From NCBI GenBank assembly GCA_051294375.1, contig CM119267.1, positions 16,904,606 through 16,968,605 of the forward strand: a stretch of 64,000 nt of DNA, read 5' to 3'. Below, piece after piece: positions 25,102-36,681 of this stretch (positions are counted from its first letter, which is position 1; each line of letters opens with the position of its first letter). The notes beneath the pieces are model-generated. The model was not told the origin of the DNA and searched no databases. It was given only the letters and a program-made list of their open reading frames with translations. The DNA is from Paraspadella gotoi. Its lineage: Eukaryota > Animalia > Chaetognatha. The position numbers were made by a program, and so were the translations under genes.

Positions 25102-26478
25102 CCATTCGAAAACACTAACGACGTGGACCTCGAGCACATTAAAAGGAAACCACTCATGAGATTAACTCCATCGTCCGGCGACGGTGACATTCGTCATCGA
25201 AATGGTTCCGGGTTTCCACGCATCGTCGACTCGTCACGCCACGGTTTTTCATCGAACGAAACTCCTTACTTTTTTAGACTCTCAGGCCCCCACATCCACG
25301 TTCCCCACATCACCCAATCTATTATCAATTTATAAATATTACCACAGACAACTCTTTCCTAAGATTTCACTCCCAATTTAGAATGCCTGAGCTTTAACTA
25401 CTATAATTACTTTTTAGCCTTTTTTTAACTTATTTAAGAATTAATCGCACACGTTGAAACCAAATTTAACTTTAGTTACAAAATTTGCTTAAAATAATGC
25501 CAGTCGCAACTGTATGGCATAAGTTATGTCATACAGCCATAACATAATGGCTATCCGAACAGAATTAGAACCAAAGACCTTCCGATAAATGGCACTCGAC
25601 AAACAACCAACCTCCATCTCATGTCCGAACGTACGTCTGCCCTGTTCGTACGCCTTTTCGGACCGTGACTGGAGAATAGAGCGAACGTAGCCGAGTTGGG
25701 TGACGTCAATAATTCATCGCCGAAAGGGAATTGTGATGACGAGGAAAGTAGTGAGTGATCGTAAAGTGGGGTGAGGTCGGATTTGGCATCTTATCACTAG
25801 AAACCCTCGATAATGCTTATTTAATTGTTACCGCTGCTTGTCGAGCAAGCTCTCGCAAATAAACAAGCAGCATCAACGTCGGTCGGATCTTTTTTTTTTT
25901 CCAACAACAACGAATAAGCAGGGTGGCGTTTCGCAAGCGGGAGGCCGGAGGGTTGAAGGGGGGGGGAGAGTTGGGGACGCATGAGATTTGTTTGTTCGGC
26001 AGGCAATAGGGCGCATACGTCGCTGCAACTTGCATTGCTTTAATCGATATCGTTCAATATATGAAAATAACTAAATTTCTACGTGCTGACTTTTATAAAG
26101 AAAAACTGAAAGGCTGATTGTTTAATGTCGAATCAGTATCTGAATCACAAAGAACTAGTTTAACATGAGAAACCTCGGTTTGATGTTTTTAATCCTGTAA
26201 TTTTTTTTTACTACTGCTAGTTACTAGTTGCAGTACGTATATGTTTTAAAAGCAACCAAAGTAACTATTTAATTTAAATCTCTTTTTTGAGGGGCGCTAC
26301 ATCGACGGAACCTTGATGACGACGGCAAAACAACCAAACACCAACTTTATTTTGGAAACCATTAGATTTTTAAAGCTGATTTTTTTTTTTAAATTGATCC
26401 ACAACCGGGACCGACGCCCGACGCAAAAAACCTTTACGGCCCGTCGACCGATTTTTCTTTAGTCTATTCGCGTGGATG

Positions 26479-26479
<1 letters not shown>

Positions 26480-26515
<36 letters not shown>
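26480..26515. repeat. (CGC)n trinucleotide tract
   Basis: About 12 GCC units in intergenic DNA. Confidence 0.9.
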
Positions 26516-27084
26516 TACAACCGCCGCGGTTGTCGTCGTCGTTACCGTCGACGTAGGTCTCTTGTTTGCTTTTCACATGATGGCACCGAATTTGGGAGAG
26601 TGAAATCCCGCCGAGGAATGGAAGGGGAGGAGAGAGGGGGCGAGTGGGTACTGGGTAGGTCACGTTTGGGGACGTGGAATATTGTGGAATGGTAAGTAGA
26701 TTGTCCTTTTTGTGAAAGGGTGAACGGATTAGTTGCTGAGCTGAGGTGATGATTTGAAGGGGAAGGTACGTAAAAGATATAAAAAGAAAAACCGGTGAGA
26801 AAAACCTTAAACAGATTTCATTTTAGAGAAAAAAATTGGATAGAAATAACTTCGTTTTTATTTAATAAAAAAAAAAGTCATGTTAATTTTCCTGAAAAAA
26901 CAAATTCCATTTCCATAAGCGAGGCACTAAGATTTCGTCCTCACGACGAGACGGCGACGACGACGACAATGAAAGAGTCGATTTTCCACCAAGGATTTTG
27001 GCGGGCACTTGATACAACATCAACTACCTGAAAGACCGAATCACGCGAAACAAACACATCGGGATTTTGTCTACCCATTTCGAA

Positions 27085-27238
27085 CGGTCGAGCGGTCGAG
27101 CGGTCGAGCGGTCGAGCGGTCGAGCGGTCGAGCGGTCGAGCGGTCGAGCGGTCGAGCGGTCGAGCGGTCGAGCGGTCGAGCGGTCGAGCGGTCGAGCGGT
27201 CGAGCGGTCGAGCGGTCGAGCGGTCGAGCGGTCGAGCG
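27085..27238. repeat. Perfect tandem repeat (CGGTCGAG)x~19
   Basis: Uninterrupted 8-bp unit. Confidence 0.97.
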
Positions 27239-28100
27239 AGGGTTGCGAATTTATCATAAGCTCTAACTAGGTTCTACCTAAGAAATATTGTGTAGTGAAT
27301 TCCACCGTATCTAATTAATTATTACAGAAATATCATTCCGTACCATTTCTAAATCAAAACAAAATGATAGTTTTGTCCGGAACAGAAGATAATTTATCCA
27401 TTAAGTATGTACCACCTCCCAAAAGTCTTGCCAACTAGTTAATGCGGGTGCCCTCAAAAAACTTGTAATTAGTTCCCCTATTTTTTTAATGAAAAAAACT
27501 CATAAATTAGCGACAAAAAATTCCGCGTCACGAATCTTTGATGGGCGAATCTCGAAAGTCCAGGATTCGCGTCTGAATGTCAGATCATGAATTTCCACGT
27601 TTGAGTGAAAAAAAATTTTATTCCAGGTTAAGATGAATTGAGAGTTATGAACGTCGAGAAAAATTATTATGCCTATAGGGCCTAGGGCCTATAGTATAGG
27701 CTAGGCCTAGGCTAGGCCTAATGGCTATATAATAAAGAATCCGAAACTTCCTCAGCCCGTTGAGCTTTATTAGTATAATTATTCATTATTCATATTGTAT
27801 ATTGCAAAACAATATGATCGACATTTGTATTTTTAAACTTTGTCAATAAAATGACACAAACGTAAAGAACGTCAAAAATTTTACATAAGCGACGACATCT
27901 TGTACGACGACGGCAACGACGACGACGAGCGTTCCCCGTAACCGTCGCGTCGTATCGTATGACGTTAACTAGAAATAGGAAAGGAGAATTTTCTCAAATT
28001 TTCTCCTCTCTCGTCAAATCATTTTATATTTTCATGAAAACGATAACTATTTGAAATTTACGTATTTTCGCTGATCGATGAAAATTAGCAATAAAAGATC

Positions 28101-31100
28101 ATGGCGAGATCCGAATTTTCAACGGCTTGTTTAGATTTCACTCAAAATACCACCTTTCACGGCGTCAAATATATTTTTGAACCTACGCCGTACCGTGTGA
28201 GAAGGTAAGAAGAAATAATTATTTTATAACTTTTCTTTTTTTTTCTTTTCTTTTCTTTTTTTTCATTTCACTCCTATCCTTTCCTTTCCTTTCTTTTCCT
28301 TTCCTTTTCCTTCCTTTCCTTTTCTTTTCCTTCCTTTTCTTTTCTTTTCTTTTCTTTTCTTTTCTTTTCTTTTCTTCTCTTTTCTTTTCTTTTCCTTCCG
28401 TTCCTATCCATCTTTTTACCTTTTTTTTCATATTTTTTTCCTTCCTTTCCTTAAATTTCTTTTTCAAACCTTCACTTTTCTTACCTTAGTGAAGTTTACT
28501 AAGGTTGTAACAAAAACTGAGGAAAATACTAAATTATAACCAAAATTTAAATAGATTTGAAGATGAAAAAAATAAACCCCCCCCCCAAAAAAAATTAGAA
28601 ATGAAAAAGAGGGAAAAAAGATAAAAAAGCGAAAAAGAGAATTTTTTTTCTTCCGCGAAATCAGAATCTTTTGGACGTCGGTCGTCTGTTTGGGAATCGG
28701 ACTCTTCATCTTCCAAGTTCAAAATCGGTTTCGCCATTTTTTGTCGGATCCGATTTCCGTCAACATCGAGGTCAACCACAATCAAACCATGTTCTTTCCG
28801 GCGATCACCATCTGCAACCAAAACTCTTTCAGGTATAACATTTTTTTTTCTTCGAGAAATCGATATTTTAATATCAATTCTCCATCCTTCAGACGATCCG
28901 TGATGAACAAGAACAACTTGACGAGCCTCATCGAACTCTACTACTCCAACATTCCGCCCGAGATGATCATGGAGAATCTGACCGAACACGCCAATCTGAC
29001 AATGAGAGAGTTGATGGATCTGGGATCGCACACCATCGACGATATGCTCGTCGACTGCAAATGGGCAGGCGAGAGAATCTGGGGTGGCCACTGGCCATGT
29101 AGAAACCGTTTAAATCGAAGGTTGACTGGAAAAGTAATTCCAGTACAGAACATAAGGTGTTTAAATCACAAACTTGCAAGTTTAAAAACATTGTCATGAA
29201 ATTTTTTTTTTGGTGGGGGGTCGCAGGATATTATTTTTTTTTTACATGTTAAATCGCGTGGAAGGGCTGTTGAGGTTAAAGTTTAACTTAATCCATTCTT
29301 CATTCGAAAATCAGCCTGCATAGCACTCAACTATGCAATGCAATGCATACTGCATAGTATGCATACTATTGCATAGAGAATCATTCTGTCCACAACAGAC
29401 CCTTGAATTTTAGATATTTTCCTCGTTTCTTCCTCTCCCAGGCACCGATTGTTTCTCTTCCAACTTCACGAGACGCTGGACGGATCACGGCGTCTGCTAC
29501 ACCTTCAACTCCGCCGTCGACCAGTTCGAGAAGATCCTGTACAACGATTCGGAACTTCTCAGCGCCACCGACGCCGGGACTCACCAGGTGTTTTTTCGTT
29601 ACCACTTTTTTTTGAATCCTTATTTTATTATCTTTTTTTTTTTTTAAATGTATTCTGTAACACGTCTACGTATATCACGCCTACAGCGTGACCATTTGAA
29701 ACCCGCTGCTAGAAAAAATTCACCAAACAAAAATGTAAAGAGATTTTAACATTTTGAAAAGTGATACTTAAAGACAAAACATTTTTTAGGTATAATTTTT
29801 TTTGATAATTGATTTTGTTTTGAGTCAGTAATGAGCAAAAAAAGATGAGGAGCAAATTCGAGCTTTTCAATAATAAAGGGAAATTCGTTACTTTTCCTGT
29901 TAAAGTAGAAGTAAACCGAAAGTAATAACATCTATACATAAAAAAATAAGTATGTCTCGTCTTTAAGTATCTCTTTTCAAAATGTTAAAATCTTTTCACA
30001 TTTTCATTTGGTGACTTTTTTCTAGCGGCGGGTTTCAAATGGTCACACTGTATCTACGTAAACGGTGCCATTTTTTACTCCTTCAGGGTTTAGAAATCGT
30101 CCTGAACATACAACAGTACGAGTACATGGCCGGACCTCAAAAGGCGGCCGGCCTCAAAATCCTCATCCACGAACCGGACGACTTTCCGCTCGTCGACGAC
30201 TTCGGCCACGCGGTCATGCCGTCCTCGTATACGCTCATCGGTGTCAAGAGGACAGAGGTGAAAGAAAGAAAGAAAAAGAAAGAAAGAAAGACTGACAGTA
30301 TAGAAAGAACAAGAAAAAAATTCAAAAAATAAAAGTACAGAACGATATACGATAAGAATGCATTCACACCTTCCCTCTGCCCAGATGTTCAACGTCAGCA
30401 CGGACGAAGAGAGCTTGAGCTACTCTCAGATCAAATGCCGCAAAAAATGCTACATGGAATACGTGGTCGCGAAGTGCGGCTGCAAAGAGGTTTACTTCGA
30501 ACCGGATTTCGAGTTCCGGGAGAAGGAATACCCTTACTGCAATTTACTGGATACCATCGACTGTTTGAAGACGGCCAAACGTAAGTCTTGGTTTCAGATA
30601 TCTTTTTTCTCCGAAATCCCCATTTGACAGTTAACATCGTTGCTGATGGCAGTTGATTTCACCCTGGAGAAGCCGTGCGCAACGATCTGCTATCCAGACG
30701 CACACAAGGTCATCTTCGACCCAAACATGTCGTACACGGTGCAGGCGAACATTTCTATCGAACGCTTCCTTCAGTCTGACAAACTCACCGACATTCATCA
30801 ACAGTTTGTCAATTCGTCGCAACAGGCCGACAGGTTTAAACAAAGATTTGTCAAATTTTCAATGTTCAATGATGATGTTGATCATAATGATGACTATGTT
30901 ACATCACAGATCAGATCCGGAAAAAAACAAAATGGATGTGGAACTTTTTGCGGAGCTTGCAAATTCTTCCCACGCATGCATAGTGAAAATCGATCAATCT
31001 TTTCAGTGAGTTTAAAAGTTGTAAGAAACGAACAAAAAGTTTTAAAAAAAAGTAATTTGCGCAATTTTTTAACGATGGCATTCGTTGCAAAAACTTCAGT

Positions 31101-34100
31101 TTGCTGCATAAATTCGGTGCCTTCATCGATAGAATTGAAGAACAAACAAATCACTTATTTTTGGAAGAGAAAGCAGCAATCGAGGTTTTGCTTAAAAGTT
31201 ACGACATCAACTATCACCAGGTAAAATATATTTTCATTAAAAGTATTTTTTTATAATATCTCAAAGCCTGCCCTGTCATAAATTAACTCCGATTACAGGT
31301 CTACGAGCTAAAGAAAACTGAAATTTTCGCGTCGCTTACGAGTCGCTATCAAGAATTTATTCACTGGTTGTCTCTTCTTCAAGATGATATGATAAATGCT
31401 AGTGAGGACCATAAGTATGTTAATTAAGATTATTTGTCATGAAATTCTTACCTATCTTCATATTTTGTTACTATAAAATTGTTAAATGAAATATTTTTTT
31501 TATCGACAGAGAAGTGCTTCACACTATGGTGATGCAAGCGTTAAAACTGAAGGACTACATGGCGAAGATCTCTCTTGAATCTTTCAAGGAGTTCCAAAAG
31601 TCCTTCGAAACGCTCCAACCTCTCTCCAAGGGCTACGGACGTGATTATTGGCCAGAACTACCGGCAGAGCTTTTGCATGATAAATGTATAAATAAAGTAT
31701 AATTTAGTAGTTATAAAAAAATATAAATTGCGGATATAATTTTTCTCCTTCTTTCGCAGCTGATTGGATGGAAGCTACCATGGGAAGTTCCTATTTGGGA
31801 AACATGAGTTGTCTCAAAGATTTTTCGGCGACTTTCGAAGAACTTGTTAAAACCTTTAACTACACAATTCCAGAATTTAAAAGTGTCTTTAACGAACTTA
31901 AAGACGATGTGCTCATGACATCTCTTTTTGACGGGACCCTAACCAAATACAAAAGTAATATTACAAAGGTTTATATCAGTTTATTACCCTGAATTGATTT
32001 CAATTTCTTTTTTCGACCAATCCAAGGAACTTGTAAAAAGCTCAACCACGAACTCCAAAAGTTCGAGGAAGATTGCCTAATGATGCCGATCAGAAACATG
32101 AGAAATGATTTGACCGTATTGGCCGAGGAGAAAAAAGTTTTATCCGGTTTGATACACGACATCAAATTGGTGCTTGAATCACACGTTGCAACTATGAGGT
32201 GTGAATAGTTCAATTTTTTTTTTCATTGGTCATTTATACGAATACAATTATTATTTTCAGTGGCGTGAAATCTGACGAATTTCAAAAAATAAAGGACGTA
32301 ATGATTTTAGCCAAGGGTTTCATAATAAACGAAAAACAAAAACACGAAATTTCCCAATACTTCACCGAAAACGGTTTGGAAGGTCAGTGTCGTCGCCAAT
32401 CAAGAAATTTAAAAATATTACTTCAATGAAAATAATTCGTAAAATGTCATTTACTAAAATCTTCAGGAGCTGTTTCGCAAATCGAAGCCGCATTTAATTC
32501 GATTCAGGACGACTTCAAACATTTAGAAAATGAATTGGAAAACATGAAGGATTCGATGCAGAAAATCTGGAAACTTATTCTCAATAATGAAAGTACCAAA
32601 AAAATTCACAGGTACCGATCAAAGAATCAATCGATTTCACTTTTCGGCCATTTATCTGGGCTGGATACATTTTGGTCATTCGCTCACCCCCCCCCCACAA
32701 AAAAAAAATCAGTTTGAAAAAGACTTCTACTCTGATGACGGATTTGGAACGGAAGGAGAAAGAGTTGACAATTTTGATGTCAGAGGCAAAACGGAACTTC
32801 ACTCGCCACCGAGTTATCGCGGAGAAGTTCAATTTTCCCGCCTTTTACAAAACCCGAGACTCGCTCGCAAAGTTTGATGACGAAACCAAACTGTCCAAAG
32901 GATTCTTCACGTCAGTTTATTTTTTCAGCATATTTTAATTTTTTTTTTTTGGGGGGGGGGAAGGGAAAACTAATTTTGCTACTACATCTCAGACGAGTTC
33001 CCTGTTTTTTTGTTTTTTTTCTACAGTGAAAACTTTTTGACGCTCCTTGTTTTCTATAAAGAAATGAGTTACGAAGTCATCAAAAAGGATCGTGCCTACA
33101 CTTTTTTCGCGTTTCTCTGTAAGTAAAAGATACATACGAAGAATATACATAGTGCTATATAGGTAGACTGGAAAATTATTTCATTCAATGAAGCTATATG
33201 TGATCCGATACACTTTTCATCTTTTGAAAAAACATACGAACAACTCAGGCGATGTAGGCGGAACTCTCGGCCTGTTCATTGGCGGAAGTCTCTTGACATT
33301 TTTCGAAGTCGTAGACTTATGCGCCGTGAATAAATGCGGAAAATCAGAGGAAGGAGAAGATCAGGTATTTACGACATAAACTTGACTAACCGCGATAGTC
33401 TTTTTCCCCCCTTTTGTTTTTCCTGCCCCGATCCTTTCCGTTTTATGGAAAACTCTCCGCGCTACCTCTTTTGTTTTCTATGAAATTGGTACAACCATGT
33501 GATTATCGTTTTCGCCCACTGCGGCGCCGCAGGCGACGTTGGTGGGACCATGGGTCTTTTCATCGGAGGGAGTATCTTGTCCGTTTGCGAGCTGTTTGAC
33601 CTTTTGTGCCTCAACGTGAGCAGCAGTCAGTCGAAAGAGGCGAAAGATGATGCGGAGGTAGTTGTCATTTCGCAGTAAATTAGTTATCAAATCCTGATAG
33701 GCGTTGTTAATAGCATTAATGGTCTAATAAGTCGTCGTTAGATGTGCTTTCGTCGTCCTAACATTAGTCGTGTCGTATTACTAATAAATCCCCCCACGCA
33801 TGTTCGGTTCTGTTACATAAAACAACTGCATGACTACGTCATTTGGTTGTTCCGTTGTTTTTTTGAATTTTTGTTACTAATATTGATAATTATTTAATTT
33901 AGGCTTTACTTTTAGCTAACTTGACCATCTGTTTAAAATGTTGTACGTAATATCGGACGTTATTAAGTTTTTACAGTTGAAAAATTTTATTGATTTGGAT
34001 TTCTCATTTTCAGCGACAAATCGTCAATAACAGCGACTCCTCAACTTACGGATCAACCAAAGGACGAGGCGCCAATTCCTCACCGGAGGGCGCTGCCTCC

Positions 34101-34568
34101 CCTCCTTACGGTGTCCCCACGCCGCCCTATGACGCCGCCTCGCCTCCGCGACGAGCAACGCCTCCACCGTCGCCCCGTCTTGTGGCTCCGTCGCTGCGTT
34201 ACGCCGGCGGCGTCCCCGTAGTAGTAGTCGCCGGAAACGAAGCTTTCGGCGTCGGTGGCGCCCTTAACGACGGGTTCGCAGACACCGACATTGCGTCGCC
34301 TCGATCTTCCAGCGGCGCGCGATTCGCCGACGCGGCGCTGAAGGCGTCGGCGATGACGAGCGGGAGGCCGAAAAAGGCGCCGCTATTTAGGCGGCCTAGT
34401 CTAGCGGGACTCAAGCTCATCAACGGGCTGAGAAACGGCGGGGAAAATCGTGATTACGGCGCCGCCACCAATGGCGGCTTTGCTCGGGTCAACGCCGGCG
34501 CAGAGAGAGAATTTCCTAGTTATTTACCGTATTATCACGATGACGTGAGGGAGAATACTGACGTCTGA
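28101..34568 (+). CDS. DEG/ENaC (ASIC-like) channel subunit with large ectodomain insertion and duplicated TM2 exon
   Basis: NTTFHGVKYIF (HG motif), TM1, FPAITICNQN, TDHGVCYTFNS, GLEIVLNIQQYEY, AGLKILIH, Cys-rich thumb, ENFLTLLVFYKEMSYE, CDVGGTLGLFIGGSLLTFFE; final exon 34014-34568 ends ENTDV*. Confidence 0.93.
28240..28400. repeat. (TTTTC)n pyrimidine repeat in first intron of the channel gene
   Basis: Runs of TTTTC/TTTCC. Confidence 0.9.
29684..30050. mobile_element. Tc1/mariner-type MITE in channel intron
   Basis: TA|CAGCGTGACCATTTGAAACCCGCTGCTAGAAAAAA ... TTTTTTCTAGCGGCGGGTTTCAAATGGTCACACTG|TA; imperfect TIRs extend ~100 bp. Confidence 0.9.
33249..33364 (+). CDS. TM2 exon A
   Basis: cag|GC GAT...CAG|gtattt; (C)DVGGTLGLFIGGSLLTFFEVVDLCAVNKCGKSEEGEDQ; 116 nt. 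Confidence 0.9.
33533..33657 (+). CDS. TM2 exon B (alternative)
   Basis: cag|GC GAC...GAG|gtagtt; (C)DVGGTMGLFIGGSILSVCELFDLLCLNVSSSQSKEAKDDAE; 125 nt. Confidence 0.88.
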
Positions 34569-34941
34569 TTAATTGATATGTTCAAGGATAAAAAAAATTC
34601 TTTATTACTAATCAACATTTATCAAAAGCGATAAAAGTGTACAGTGTACAGTGACAATGCGACCATTGCATATTCCTAATGATATGCGTATCCATTTTTC
34701 ATTACCTCTACGATGCTTTTCAATATTATCAATATTCATGCTTTTAAATATTGTTTAATGTTTATACTTTTATCGATACAAATAAGTAGTTTTTTAATAA
34801 TATATTCAACTATTGTGTTTAATACGTAATTTAAATATGACATCTATGAATATTGGGAGACATTTTAATGTTTTCATGATGACATCTATGAACAAAATCA
34901 GCACAACATAGAATTCAAATGAAATTCGCGGCCATCGGCAT

Positions 34942-36681
34942 TTAAAGAATAACACAACTCGACTCCTCCACCCTCAGCCGGTCGGGGTGGTCCATAAACA
35001 CGGCATCCGTCAACTTCTTCCGGTCGCCTCTGATAGCCGTGTAGTCTGTGTGCGGCGGAAACCCGGTTGCGAAGCGCGTTTGAATGACGCGTCTTCCGCC
35101 CTCGGTGGTGTCGAAGAAGGGGGCGTTGTTCGAAGAGGTGTCAAGTTCCAGCATTTCTCCCATTTGCATCAGGTTTAGCGTCTTCTCAGCCTCGGTCAGG
35201 ACCTCCGCCTTGTCAAAATCAAGATAAGAACGATCTGTTCCTTTCACTTTTTTTTGGTGTCTCATCCTCGGACTTTCTTTTTCTTTTTCTAACACATTCG
35301 TACCTTGTTATAAATGAAAATAAAGTTTTGTGGATGCTTCTTGTAGTCGAGCCATTGAAGGTACCGTTTGATAGCGTCCGCTTGCTCTCTTTCGATCCTC
35401 GCCGAGCAGACGACGACGACGACGTCGACGAAGACGAAGTTCACCTACATATATATTTTGTAAGACTAAGTTTTAACGTTTAGAGTTACAAGCTCGGTTT
35501 TATACTGGCGATAATGTACACGTAAAAAAACACCTTGACGCGGTCCTTGATACAGGAAAAGACATCTTCCGAGGTCATCATGGAGTCACAGAGGCCGATC
35601 GTATCGATCACGTTGACGGCGAATCTACGGTTTTCGTTGGAAAAATGTTGATATTCGCCGCGAATAAATTCGATCTCTTTCGTCTCCGAACGCGCCGCCG
35701 ATGACGTTCGGCACACCTCCTTTAATTCAAAATGGAGCAATGATCATTTTGAGTTTTTTACTTTTATTTCTTTTTATTGTAATTGAAAATTTTTATAGTA
35801 GAGATCGTTATCCCTCATTATGTCGCTTGTAATTTCGATATTTATAGAAAAAACAAATTTAATACTCTGCTTTCCTGATTGAAGAGAATGTTGATTAGAT
35901 GCGATTTTCCGGATCCAGTTGGACCCAAAAACAAAATGCTGTAGCAGGAGGGGTCATTCCTATTCAGGACGACCTCGGTGCTGCAATAGCGAATGTAAAG
36001 AGAACATTCGGCGTACAAATTCGTGTCGCCCACCCTCCAAGGTGTCTTCAAGTCTCTCGGTAGGGTATTGAAAAGTGAGCTGTGATCCTCGACTCCGTAG
36101 GATTTGAAGTACTCGCGAATGACGCCCGTGGAGGACGTTTGGAAGGAAATCCAACTTCCGCTGAAGATGTAGCGGCAGAGATGCTCAGAGTTACGTAGGC
36201 AGATAGAGAAGCGATGGACGCCACAAATGTTGAGCAAGCGTTGCTTTATTTCGGGAGTTAACCTTCCCGTGAAACATAACACAACATAACATGAAATCGT
36301 TTTTAGTGCGTTAAAAAAAAAATACGAGAATGCCAAATGAACTCGCCTAAAACTTTCATGGACAAGGTAATTGAACGTCATGACGCCTTCCCTTGTTGTG
36401 CCGAATCCGGAAGAATCTTGATGGATCCTCACGGGCTCGTCGCCCCTCGATCCGCTCCCGAACTCAACGAACCACAGTCCATCCGTGATGAACCAGTGCT
36501 CGTAGGAGAATAGGCCGCCATAGTTGCGTTGCGCCGAACACAAACGCAAATCCGGGTCCAACTCCTCGATCTGACGCATGTGCTCGATCCGTAGAGAGTG
36601 GTACCGTTCAAGCTCGTGAGGGATGGCCCAGGTAAGCTTTTCATCCTCCACCTCGGAAGGAGTCGAAACCAAATTTCCCAT
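34942..36681 (-). CDS. LRAT/NC-like domain fused to AIG1-like P-loop GTPase; N-myristoylation and CaaX motifs
   Basis: Five exons. MGNLVS start; YEHWF and RNSEHLCRYI; LGPTGSGKS (G1), SET (G2), DTIG (G3), NKAE (G4-like); ends CVIL*. Confidence 0.8.

Noticed and set aside
25100-27000. GC-richer intergenic stretch with short ORFs
   Set aside because: No consistent exon chain or recognisable protein; possibly regulatory but unsupported.
27009-27270. ORFs with ERSSGRAV repeats
   Set aside because: Artefact of the 8-bp tandem repeat.
28219-28467. Lys/Arg-rich minus-strand ORF
   Set aside because: Antisense reading of an intronic (TTTTC)n tract.
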